Source: Camelus dromedarius | Taxonomy: Eukaryota | DNA length: 64,000 bases | Direction of reading: 5' to 3' | NCBI RefSeq assembly: GCF_036321535.1 | Contig: NC_087438.1 | Location: 2,234,001 to 2,298,000 of the forward strand | Shown: positions 36,779 to 48,407 of the stretch, piece after piece | Position numbering within the stretch: the stretch's first letter is position 1 | Layout: each line of letters opens with the position of its first letter | Position numbers and translations under genes: made by a program | The notes under the pieces: model-generated | Told to the model about the DNA's origin: nothing | The model's database searches: none | The model's input: only the letters and a program-made list of their open reading frames with translations

Positions 36779-37290
36779 TGCCTATTGACAGATGACTGGA
36801 TAAAGTTGTGGTTTATTTATACAATGGAATACTACTCAGCCATAAAAAGGATGAAGTAATGCCAATTGCAGCAACATGGATGAACCTGGAGAATGTCATT
36901 CGAAGTGAAGTAAGTCAGAAAGAGAAAGAAAAATACCATATGAGATCACTCATATGTGGAATCTAAAAAATGACACAAATGAACTTATTTACAAAACAGA
37001 GACAGACTCACAGACAGAGAAAGCAAACTTAGGGTTACCAGGGAGGAAAAGGGGTGGGGTGGGATAAATTGGGAGTTTGGGATTTGCAGATACTAACTAC
37101 TATATATAAAATAGATAAACAACAAGTTTCTTCTGCACAGCACAGGGAGCTACGTTCAATACCTTGTCATAGCCTATAATGAAAAAGAACATAAAAAGGA
37201 GTATATACGTAAAACTGAATCACTGTGCTGTACGCCAGAAACGAACACAACATTGTAAACCATACCTCAATTAAAAAATTTTTAAAAAGC
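36779..37290 (+). mobile_element. 5'-truncated L1 (ORF2 end and 3' UTR)
   Basis: 'gacagatgactggataaag...tacaatggaatactactcagccataaaaagg...gcagcaacatggatgaacctggag...cacaacattgtaaaccatacctcaattaaaaaa'. Confidence 0.92.
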
Positions 37291-37619
37291 TGTTTGGAAA
37301 CAACTACAAAATTCTGCAAACATTCTTGAATTTAAAAATCTTTTTTTCAAAGCCTTAAAAAGTTAGGAGAAAGTTCTTTAACTTAACATCTGTATACCTG
37401 CCTCTGTATCTTTATGTGTATACCCGTGTGTGTGTGATTAGCGTCTCACCACACGTGCAGCCCTATGTGTACACGTCAGATAATCACAGAAGTCATCCAG
37501 TTTGGTGACACCAGACCACCATCATCACTGCCCACCCAGGACGCCCCCACTCGGAGACTGTCCTGTGGAAGCAGCTCCACCTCCTTCAGTCTCAAAAGTA
37601 TCCCAATAAATTATATGAT

Positions 37620-38112
37620 CACCCTACCCAGACATGAAGTAAAAATTAATGTCGGACATTGCAAGGAAACTCACCAAACATTTATTTCTGATGTTACGAT
37701 ATCAAGAATAATTAAGGAAGTCAAATGAAAAAAGGATTTGCATTCATGAGAAAGTTCAGTGCCTAAATATATGTGTAAAATACAGTTTTCTTCTGCTGGC
37801 CATCACTAATTAGTTAAAAATACAGTGAATTAAAGATCTTAGCCCCAGTGATGATAGAAGTGTGAAATACAGGAGAATGTTCAAAACATGAAAGGAACTG
37901 AAGTTCAGCTACGTAACTAGGGAGATGTCCATTTTTCTGGATGAGAAGAATGCATAGTAGAAAGCTGCCGAAATTAATCTATAAATTAGATTTTAGCCTC
38001 CTGCCAAGCCACATACAACAAACAAACAAACAAAAACCCCTACATTTATTTGAAAAAATCAACTTTAAATTTCTAGAAGAATAAAAGCAGAGAATAACCC
38101 AGAAAACCCTGC
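37620..38112 (+). mobile_element. Ancient L1M ORF2 remnant
   Basis: A-rich, with 'ggagatgtccatttttctggatgagaag', 'aaattaatctataaatt' and 'tttaaatttctagaagaataaaagcagagaataacccagaaaaccctg' in L1 ORF2 order. Confidence 0.55.
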
Positions 38113-38149
38113 AGTGGGTATTACAGCCGAGCACTGGCTTGGAGCCGTT

Positions 38150-38260
38150 TCCACAGACAGCACGTCCGGTGAAGCAGACTCTGTCGACGTCCCATTTTAT
38201 GGATGAGAACACGGAGGCGCAGAGCTTCCCCCCCAGCAGCACCTGTGAACAGCGCTGAGG
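38150..38260 (-). mobile_element. MIR remnant
   Basis: MIR core 'cccattttatggatgagaacacggaggcgcagag'. Confidence 0.6.
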
Positions 38261-41200
38261 CCGCCACCTTGCGGCCCATGAAGTGATGTCACATTTGTCC
38301 CTAGGGTTTGTCTGCATCTCTGCCCACCACTGCTCTACCGACTGACAAAACTTGGGGACGTCCTGTAACGGCCATGGGCCGCAGGGCACCCCTGCAGCAG
38401 TCACGGGCCGTGTCTGCAGCCGCGTGGCCAGCCCCCAGGAGCGCAGGCACTCGGAGCATCCAGCCGGCACCCGCGGCTCCGAGCGCAGAGCCTGCCAGGC
38501 GCATCCCTGCGGAGTCACGGAGTAGGGGGGCTGGCCTCACACACCCGCGGCTCTGCTGAAAACTCACCTCCCAGCTGAGCCTTGTCACGGGCGGAATTTA
38601 GCCCGGTGACTGCAGGACAGAAGCCCCAGGTTCTGCTGGCTGTCCCCAAGGCCACCTCAGCTCCTTCCACGCCACCTCCTTTCCATAGCAGGGTCTTCCT
38701 GAAGCAAGTCCTTCCCACATTCAGAGCCTCTGGCTTCCTGGCCGGCAACCAGCTGGAGAAAATGCTCTGACTTTTAAAGGGCTCCTGGCATGAGGTCAGG
38801 TCCACCATGACCACCCTCCTCTCTTCCAGTCACGTGACAGCCTCGTCACTAGAGGGGAATCCACCCGTGCCTGTCCTGGGGACCCCCAGGGGGAGCAGCC
38901 TTGGGCTTGGTGGGACGTCTCGGGGCCATCTGAGACGTCTGCCTGCCACACACACAAGGAGGTAAATTCCCAAATAAAAAGACTCCACAGTTATTATTAA
39001 ATGTTGTCTTAGGAATGTCATTTATCAAAAAGAGAAGGTGGGGTCGATCATGGGGCTTCCGAAGGCTTCTCGCCTGGACACCGAGTCTTGAGTGGACAAT
39101 CTACGCTGTTCATCTGTGTGTCAAAGGAACCATCACGTCGAAAGCCCTCTGCTCCTCCGAGCTGGTGGGCGTGCTGGGTGGGCTGTGGACCCTCCTGGGC
39201 GCCTGGGGCTCCTCGACTCGGGCGCAGTTCTGGAAAGCAGCCTGGAGGAGGGGAGTGTGGCTGCGGGTGCTGCAGACCCAGCCCACAGGCGGGTGTTGGT
39301 GGGACCCCAGGGTCGGCCAGGCGGGAAACTGGAGAGCCCACAAGGGTGGCTGGAGGCGGTGGGATGGGGCAGGGGTGGGGCCGACCATCCGAGGTGGGTC
39401 CCGAACACAGGAATGGAGGAGGACCTGGGCTGCTCTGCTCTGCCTGCTCCCACTCCCCCTAGGCAGCCTCCGGGTGAGTCACCTCCCCTCCCAGGCCTCC
39501 TGTCCCCATCCCACCCCGCTGCTATCCTGACCCACCTGTCCCCCCTCAGGTAAGAGGAGGGCCTGTGTCCCGGGATGGGGAGGGTGGCGGGTGTCTGCTG
39601 CGGAGCCAGCGACCCCAGAGCAGCCCCTGCATGCCTGGCCCTTGCTGGACGCTGGCTCTGTCTTCACTGTGTGGGAGCAGGACGTCCTGGTGCCTCTGGA
39701 ATCAGACGGAGGCAATTGGCATGTAAGTGTGTGTGTTTTCTGCAGAAAGACTTTAATTTTCATTGGGACATTAAGAAACCATGACTGTCTCCTCCAACAC
39801 CCAGCAGAGAAAAGATACGTGTATTTTATATATATATTATTAATTCAGAAATCAGCCATCGCTCTGAAACTGTCTCTTCCCTAACACTGAATGCTGTCAA
39901 CGTGCCGCCTTCAGAACTGGCACCCTCTCTCCTTCTGTGGTCCCAACTCCAGCCTCCCTAGGAAGCAAATTGCAGACTCACAGGGAGGGGGGACCTGGCC
40001 CCAGAGCTCTCTGCTCCACACGCTGGACTTCACCCCTAGAGAACGGGAAGCATTTCCAGGATCCAAGTAAGGAAGGGGGGTCTCAGCCACCGGGATCACG
40101 GGAAGAAGCCAATTTGGAGTCTGGGCACTTAGGAGCCACAGAGTGTGTGCGTTCTGTGTGGACTGCCTGAAGGAACAGTCCAGGTGACCCCGGGCCAAAT
40201 GTAGGGGACTGTGTTCTCCTGTCATCTTGGAAGCCTTGCCTTGGGTTTGAAAACCGCACCGCGGAACAGGCTCTGGCTTCCCTGGATGCAGAATAACTTG
40301 CCATCAAACTTAATTAAGATGAGACTGGTCATATTTATCTTGCGTTTTCTCTAAGGCAGTGTTTTTCTTCTAATTGGGACTTGAGGGCACCCCCTAGCCA
40401 AGGCGCCTTGGGCTACAGAGAGTGGCCGCTGCGGGCAAACTAGCAGGCAGCTGGCTCTCCCGGGAGGAGACGCAGGCCCGCCCGCCCGCCCGCGGGTTCA
40501 TCCGCAGGGGCTCCTCTAAATCACTCCCATCCCAGCCACGGAGGGGGTTTCAGCTTGAGCTTCATCTGCAGAAGGACTCTGACATCCTCAGACAGCCCAA
40601 CAGCCATAACTCAAGGCAGTGGACGTCTCCGTGTGCAGTCATGCAGAGCCCCCCAGAACCACATCCCTGGCACCCCCTGCCCCCACAAGTTTCTGCCAAC
40701 CTGCTCACTGGTGAGCCCCAAACAGGGTGGGCAGGAAAGACGTGCCCTCGAGTTGAGGAGACAGCTGGAGGCTTAGGTCCTGCACTGCTGCCTGGCGCTG
40801 GGGTGTGTTAGAGGCAGGAGGGCGGGCGCCGATGAGTCTATTGTCCTAAGAGGAGGATTCAGAGATCCTGAGCTGCCTGGGCTGCCAGCAGGCGGGGTTC
40901 ATGACATCACACAGCTGCCTCGGCCGGAAGCCCGCAGCAGACACCTGCATCGCGGGACAGTGGGACCCCGTCTCTTACGCCGTGGCAAAGCTCCTCTGCC
41001 AGGACCCCGGTGCACCCACGTGCTTCCTACTCTGAGTCGGCACCACCTCAGCAGTTGCCCTGGTGACCCCTCGAATTCCGTGGCCAACAAGCCAGCTCCG
41101 GGGGAAGGGTGCAGGGCTCCGGCTCCGCCCCAAATGCACGCCGGTCAGTAAGGCAGGCAATTCTCTCCTTGACTTTCAAGATGAAGGGCCCTCCACTGTC

Positions 41201-43138
41201 TACACAGGGTTTTGTATCCACAGCTGTTTTCGTTTTATTTTGTGTCTGGGGTTTCACCGATGTCATGTAATTTTCACATTTTCCCAAATTGAGCCATTCT
41301 CTTCTCTGCCTCTGCGGCACCGCTCCATCACGGGAGTCGCCGAGCTCTTAAAAGAGCAGCATTTTAAAGTTTTAAAAGACAGCTTTACTTGGAAAGGGCT
41401 CTGTAACTCATTTTCAGCGTCTTGTGCGTTTGGGAGATGCAGGCACATTCTTCATCATTGAAACGTACCATTTTCCATGTGACTTGAGGATAAATGGACT
41501 TAATAAATCCCATTATTCTGAAGAACAATAAAAATAACAGGTTGGTGACACTGGAGCCATGATAAATAACATTTTTTATTTCGCCATGTCATTATTATCT
41601 CTGTTCTCCTGCCTGGCTGCTGATAGACTGTCTCCCCGCAAACCCAGCCGGGGACTCTGGGCCCTGCCGGGCCGGCACGTCCCGGGAGCCGGTCTCCGGG
41701 ATTCAGTGAGCCTGGAGTCACTGCTCCCTGCAGCCACAGACCGACACCAACATTCCAACCACCGGGGCCCCTGAACTCCCAGCCTCACAGCAAGCCCCCC
41801 TCCTTTCTCCTGGGTGGAACCGGCTGGAATCCCAGATTGCGGCATCCACCCCCTCATTTACTTAATTATCAGAGATCCTAGCCTGAAAACCAAGAGTGGC
41901 TCAAACTGGAGTGAAGGGGCAAAGGGGAGGGTATCAGAACAATTTAATAAGCTTTCGGGCTCTCACCAAAGTTCCAGTCAGACGACAGCTTGATAGACTG
42001 GCATCTTCAAAATGAACCAGCTGAGTTGTACAAAATCTGCCTGTTTTAAACTCCTTTATTTGTATTTAACTGGTTATTAACATAGAATTGCATTTCTGCA
42101 AACAAAGCAGAGGGACCCAACCCAAGAGAAGGTGTCAGACAAATGCCCAGGTAGGGTCTCTGCTGTCTTCATGGGCCCAAGTCCTAGCGGGGGCCTGCGG
42201 TTTGGGAAGAAAACCTGCAAAACAGAGTTACAGGCCCTGGTGCAAGGCCAGCCTGTCCTTGTGCGGCCACGGGCGGGGGGCGACGCCTGCACTGCACGGG
42301 GACCGCGTCTAACGCCCGTGTCCTTTCCTTCCCCTGAAATCTTCCCTCTTGTGTTGTGGGGTTTGCATCCCTGTCCCCACCGTCATTCTTGTCCCCTAAC
42401 GGTCCTCCTGCTCACACGCACGCTTTGAGCAGGTCCAATGTCAGGCTTTCCCGGAGCAAGTCTCTCCTTCTCACTGACGCCGAGGCTGACAGACAGCGCC
42501 CCTGCTCCCCGGAACCTGGGAGGTGCGCCGTCCTTGGGAGCCCTGGCGGTGGGCAGGCCTGGCTCCGAGTGGCCACCCCCCCCCACCCCCCAGAGGAGCA
42601 GGAGGGGCAGCTGAGGCGGGAGGGGACCCTGGCGAGCAGGGGGCTGAACACTCAGCAATGCTCTTTGGTGGAAGGAAGTGGTCCAGGTCGGGGCGGATGC
42701 CAGGCCCCTCCTGAGTGGACTGCCGACTATTCAGGGATGCTCAGCCAACCTGCGGCTCCTCTGGGCTCATTTTTCAGGGAAGGCAGACCCCTTCTGGAGT
42801 GGCTGGGACCCCCGGGCGGAGGACAGAGGGCAGGACTCCAGGCCGCTGACGGTCCCTTCCTCCCACCCCGACCACCCTACCGCCCTGTCTCCCTCCTCCC
42901 ACACGTCACGTTTGCTCCAACCTTGAGCTTCACAGACAGGGCTGGGGGGGTGGGGAAGGGGTCTGGTGTCTTCTCGCTGGACAGCTCTCTGGCCTCTCAC
43001 TGCTCCACGCCACCCTGGAGTCTGCACCTCGGGGCCCCTGCTCTCCTCCTGAATATCCAGCTCCCTCTGGTCGCACCGTCCTGGAAGCCTCCCTGGCCTC
43101 CGAGGGTGACCAGAGCCGCCGCGGCACTCCGCCCGCCT

Positions 43139-43495
43139 TGTCTCTGCTGCTCTGACAGTGCAGGCTGTGATCACAAAGCCCCACAGAGACATTCATGCCT
43201 CCTGGTTCTGGAAGCTGGAAGTCCAAGGTCCCCCCCAAGGTCAAGGTGCCGGCAGATTCTCCCCCAGATGCACTTCTTAGGGCACAGGGAGAGGGCTCCA
43301 GCCTGCTCCCCTTCCTAGAAGGGCATTAATCCCGCAGTGGGGGCTCTACCCTCAGGACCGCACCTAGGCCCAGTCACTGCCCAAAGGCCTCACCTCCAAA
43401 AGCCATCACATTGGGGGTTAGGGCTTCTGTGAATTCACACAAAGTTACTAGGGCTTCAGTGAATTTGTATGAGTCCTGGGACCCACAACGCTCTT
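43139..43495 (-). mobile_element. MaLR LTR, MLT1A-like
   Basis: 'gttctggaagctggaagtccaagg...aaggtgccggcagattc...aagggcattaatccc...cccaaaggcctcacctccaaaagccatcacattgggggttagggcttc'. Confidence 0.8.
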
Positions 43496-46400
43496 CCTCC
43501 TTCCTGCTGACGACACACAGGGCTCCCATGCAGCTTCGCCTGGAACCCCAGCAGCTCCAGTGTCCCGCCGGCCATCGGCCCCACATCCTCCCCCCGTGAC
43601 CTTCCCCAGGGTCCCCAGGTCTGAACCACCCTACCTCCTGCTGCAGGCAGTTCCCCAAGAGTTCAAAGGCTTTGCACACTCCCGGGTACAGCTAAGTGGA
43701 CTGTGGACCCTCTGGTCTCCACACAGGGCTGAGCCCACTGCGCAACTGCCCACCTCACCCCACCACAGGCTGACGCCCGCCCGTCACCACTGCCCTCTCA
43801 CGGCGTCCGTCCCGCCTGGGGCACGCTGCCCTTCATCTGCTCGCTGTCCGCGTGTCAGGCGGCAGGGGAGGCTGCAGGGGTCCGGGGACCTGGGTCACGT
43901 GTAGCCCCAGCTCGACGTGGAGGACGCACAGCACAGAGAGCCCTCCCCACAAAGAGCAGACCACCGTCTGCCCAGCTCAACCCCCTCCTCCCCAGACCCC
44001 CGGGCCCCAGCAGCCGACACGGGAACAGTCAGACGGGAGGCTGCGGGGGACACAGGGACACCCCGAGGGCTTAACTGACTGTGGCTCCAACACCCGACTG
44101 CAACACGTCGAGACCCGGCACCAGGGTGAGCACATTTCTTGCATAGTGTGGGGGGCTGTGCGTGTGGAGGTCCCCAAAACTGCATCTTCGCTTCAGAGCA
44201 GGTCTGTAGGAACAGTCCGTCCAGTCGCCCCCTGAGACTGGAGTTCCAGCCGCAAGGGACACCTGCCCCATCCTCCCTGGACCTCCCCGACAGAACAGCA
44301 AACCCCACTCTGGGGGCCGCGTCATTATTTGGGGGAAATAAGAGACTTGGCGTGATTCTGACCCCAGAATATTCCTACAGAAAGACTCCCACTTGGAGTT
44401 CTTGACCCAAGTTGCGCTGTGTGAGGAGCGTAACTGGGAGGGCGGCAGTGGGGCGACAGGGCACCCTGGCTGCTCCTCTTACTGCCACCAACAGTCATTT
44501 GTGCAGAAGCACGTGGGGCTCCGGATGGGCATTAGCACAGGGGTCCCGGGGGCAGCCCCTTCCTTCCGGAAGCTAAACCGTCACTTTGTGAGAAGCGATG
44601 AATTTCTGTTGTGATGCAGAGATGTTTGTGATGCAGTGATGCATGATGTTTCTAGTAAGTGCTGTGAAAAATCAGTGAGCCCACAAAGCCGAGATCTGGT
44701 TCCAGGCAAGCCGACAGTGGATGTTGAATTTTTTGACTCCTGAAATCTTGATTCTTTGATAGCTTGCACTTTTACTAACGTACTTGTTCAAAGAAGCTCC
44801 CTGAATTTCTCCACGAAGCACATCACTGGAAAGCTGGGATATTTGGCATCTTCTGGGACGAAGGTGACGGAGCCAGGCTGACTTCCATCATTTCGATCAG
44901 ACAGGAGGGAGCGAGGGGCCACGTGGCAACCAGCCCTCCGAGTAGAATTTAGGTTTCCAGCGACACCTACCTCTCAGTGATTAGGGTTTACTGGTCATTT
45001 GAACACTTTTCAGTCCTGTATTCTCCAAAGGGTTCAGACTTTATCTGCAAAAGTTGAGTGGGGGAAAAGATAAAAGGCTTTCCTTCATACTCAACAGAAA
45101 GTCCAGAACGGAGGACTGGGATTCAGAAACCGGGACGTACACAGTCACAGATGCTCCCTCGGACCCAACAGGAGGCTTGGAAGCAGGGCTGGGATGCAGA
45201 CAGGCCCTCCAGCCCGCCCCTGCTGGCCCTCTGAGCCCCTCGTGGCAGGAAGACCCCCGTCTCATGAAGCCGCAGATCTGCCTGACCTGCGAGCACCCCC
45301 GAGCACTCAGGCTGCCGTCCTCACACGCTGGAGCTCAGAGAGCCAGCGGCTGTTTCCAGGCTCTGTGCACAGAGAGCCCAGCGCCCCCGAGGAACTCCAG
45401 CCCATTTAGCTGGGGAATGTGGCATCTGGAGGGGAAGCGGGCAGCGGGGCGGGGCAGCGGGGCGGGGGACTGCAGCTCCTTCATGCGTTTTCCTAGTTGA
45501 TCATCAGCCAGTCTGGAAAGAATCCACCACTGTGTTCACAAGAGTGCTGAGAAAACAACCCATTATTCTGACTTGCAGGAGAACCTAATGCATAACTTAC
45601 TATTCAAACGGCATTCAGACCCTCGGATTCAGGAAATGACTTGGAGGACTGATGGGTCCTCTGAGGGTCAGTGGGCGATGCTCGGCCAGGTTTGATATTT
45701 TAAGCTCTCGGGGATTCCCCGGGGGTAATAGAGAAACAATGAGTTTCAAAAGGACGGGCTTAAAACTGGGAAGAAAATGTTTAACAGCAGACGGAGGGGG
45801 AAAGTTCAAAAAAAGCTTAAGAAAATATAGAGTCAGCTGGCAGGCTCCAGAGAAACACTGGAACAGTGCGCAGGTCGCCGGAGAGGTGGAAATGCAGAGC
45901 CCCGCGGGCCGGGGCGGAGAGCAGGCGGCTCGGCCCGGCCCGCAGAGCGGCGCCTACTTCAGGGAAGATCAAGCACCGGGAGCGGCTCATTGGCCTCAGA
46001 TGAGGATGCAAAACGGCCGAGACCATTGTAAAGAGAAGGTGAAACAGCTTAATAAAAGGCCTGATAACTACACACGGAACAGGATGGGTGGTTTGGGGGT
46101 CCACGGCCCTTCCAGTGGACCGACCCAGGGACGCTCTACTTTGAAAGGCACCTGCCCTTGCCCTTCGTCAGTGAAGGCTGCCCAGGACCCCGGTGGGTGA
46201 GGGACCGCGCACTCCAGGGCAGCCGGGGCAGAGAGTCCAGACCACAGCAAGGATAAGAGCCTCAAAGGAAGAGCTTTTAGGTCCTTGTGCAAAGTGAAGG
46301 TGGCCAGTGAGCCAGGACAGTGTGACGTTCCGAAGGATCAGAAGCAGCGGGACGCAATGCCACCTGCTTCTGTTCCCAGGTGTGAGCACTGGAATCGCAA

Positions 46401-47149
46401 ACCTGAAGCAGTAACGGGAGGGTCCGGACTCCACAGAGACACCAGGATGGAGAGGCTGGCAGACCCCACTTCAGTCTCGGTATAATTCACCGATGAGCTA
46501 CTAAAAAGCAACGATGCAACCAAGACTTGGTTTGTCATTCAACACGTGCCCACTGAAAATGGCCACAACTGAAAATCACGTGGGCGAGGCAAAATTCGAC
46601 TGGGACTGCAGGGTGGTCCTCTGCTCAGGGGCCCCAGCTCAGCTTCCGGGGGGACCTGGAGGCAGAACCCTAACAATAAGTTCAGTGACCACCAGAACCT
46701 AACGCTAGAGCAGGGGGTGGGCCGAGAGAGAGGCCTGACAATACACGTCGGGCTTGAGGTAAAAGCCTGAGTTATCAGAACCCACGTGGGAACCCCAGCA
46801 CGTCTATCCTGAAATACAGACCCCCCGGCCGTTTTCAGAAGGATCAACCATGCGGAGCTGCTCACCAGTGGGTCTCAGTTTCCACCCAGTTGACGTGATG
46901 TTTAAGCAAGGACTTGGGAGTGGGTCCACCTGGGCTGAAATCCTGGTTTCTTCACTATTAGCCATGAGACCCCTGGACTGTAAGCCCCTGGAGGAAAAGA
47001 AATCTCATGTGGAGCTGAGGATAAGAGGAGGGAAAAACTGAAACGTACTTTGCACTGTTTGGGGGGAAAGTAAGAGCTCAATGAGACACTGTCTGAGTGT
47101 TATTTTGAGAGCAGTTCTTACATCTACCATCAAGACACACTCTTTTTCA

Positions 47150-47904
47150 GGGTGTGGAGGAAAGGGAACCCCCTACACTGCTGGTGGGAATGCAGTTTGG
47201 TGCAGCCATTATGGAAATCAGTAAGGAGATGCCTCAAAAAACTGAAAATAGACTTACTGTATGATCCAGCAATCCCACTCCTAAGCATGTATTCAGAGAA
47301 GACTCTAATTCAAAAAGACACCTGCACCCCAATGTTCACAGCAGCGCTATTTACAGTAGCCAAGACATGGAAACAGCCTAAATGTCCATGGACAGATGAC
47401 TGGATAAAGAAGAGGTGGTATATTTATACAATGGAATACTATTCAGCCATAAAAAGGAATGAATTAATGTCATTTGCAGCAACATGGATGGACCTGGAGA
47501 TGATCATACTAAATGAAGTCAATTGGTCAGAGAAAGACAAATACGACATCACTTATATGTGGAATCTAAAAAATGATACAAATGAACTTATTTACAAAAC
47601 AAACAGACTCACAAACATAGAAAACAAACTTATGGTTACCAAAGGGGAAATTTGGGGGAGGGATAAACTAGGAGTATGGAATTAACAGAGATAAACTACC
47701 ACATATAAAATAGATAAACAACAAGGACCTGCTCTATAGCACAGGAAACTATATTCAATAACTTGCAATAATCTATAATGAAAAAGAATATATATATATA
47801 ACTGAATCACTGTGCTGCACAGCAGAAACTAACACATTGTAAATCAACTATACTTCAATTAAAAAAATTAAAAATTAAAAAAAAAAGCACTCATTGAAAA
47901 AAAG
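47150..47904 (+). mobile_element. 5'-truncated young L1 encoding the ORF2 C-terminal remnant, with 3' UTR, A tail and TSD
   Basis: ORF 47152-47685 ([15 protein letters not shown]...YDPAIPLL...WIKKRWYIYTMEYYSAIK...FAATWMDLE) is the L1 ORF2p C-terminus. TSD-like copies are aagacacactctttttca (47132-47149) and aagatacactctcttttca (47905-47923). Confidence 0.96.
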
Positions 47905-48356
47905 AAGATACACTCTCTTTCAAAAGACCCCCAGCATCAGAAGTGGCTCCCATGTTTCACGACGGTGCAGGACGCCAAGATGGCACACACGGAGATGGCA
48001 AGGAGAGAAGGCATTCAGTAGGCAGCAGGGTTGTTTCAGGACGGATTTCCTTTTGGGCGAGTGGAGGGGTTCAGGAGGGTCAGCGCCGCGGCCGTGCGGC
48101 AGAGCGGAGCGGTGGTCGCTGGCAGCAGCCTCCCCAGGGCAGCTGGGTTCCGCAGCTGCTTTGAACAAGTGTTCTTCCCTGCTCGTTTAGGTAGCAAGCA
48201 CCCTGGTCATCCTCCATACCCAGCTGATGGCCCATCGGCCGGTCCGTGCTCAGGGGGGAAAGCCCTCTTCTGGGATTTACTAGGAACAACTAAACAGGAA
48301 AGGATAGTATCCTGTTTAGTGTCCTCTTTCCTTGACGCTTGTCAGTTCAGACTTAC

Positions 48357-48407
48357 CCGCCTCCGAGCTTCTCCTGAGGTTTGCTGGAGCTGAGCCCCCC
48401 GTTCCTC
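48357..48407 (-). other. Candidate 51-nt exon
   Basis: Minus strand: long pyrimidine tract ending tcttctcctattgcttgttctaccag| and donor CGG|GTAAGT; no stop codon in any frame. Confidence 0.35.

Noticed and set aside
42356..43318. 320-aa ORF and other long ORFs (18304-18993, 34179-34925, 51134-51877)
   Set aside because: Pro/Gly/Arg/Ala-rich low-information translations expected in GC-rich DNA, with overlapping ORFs on both strands and no recognisable domain. The 320-aa ORF runs into an MLT1 LTR.
44605..44655. Clustered TGATG(CA) motifs suggesting a C/D snoRNA
   Set aside because: A short degenerate repeat, without a properly placed D box or terminal stem.
47152..47685. 177-aa ORF as a host gene
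   Set aside because: It is the C-terminal remnant of L1 ORF2p in a 5'-truncated copy.
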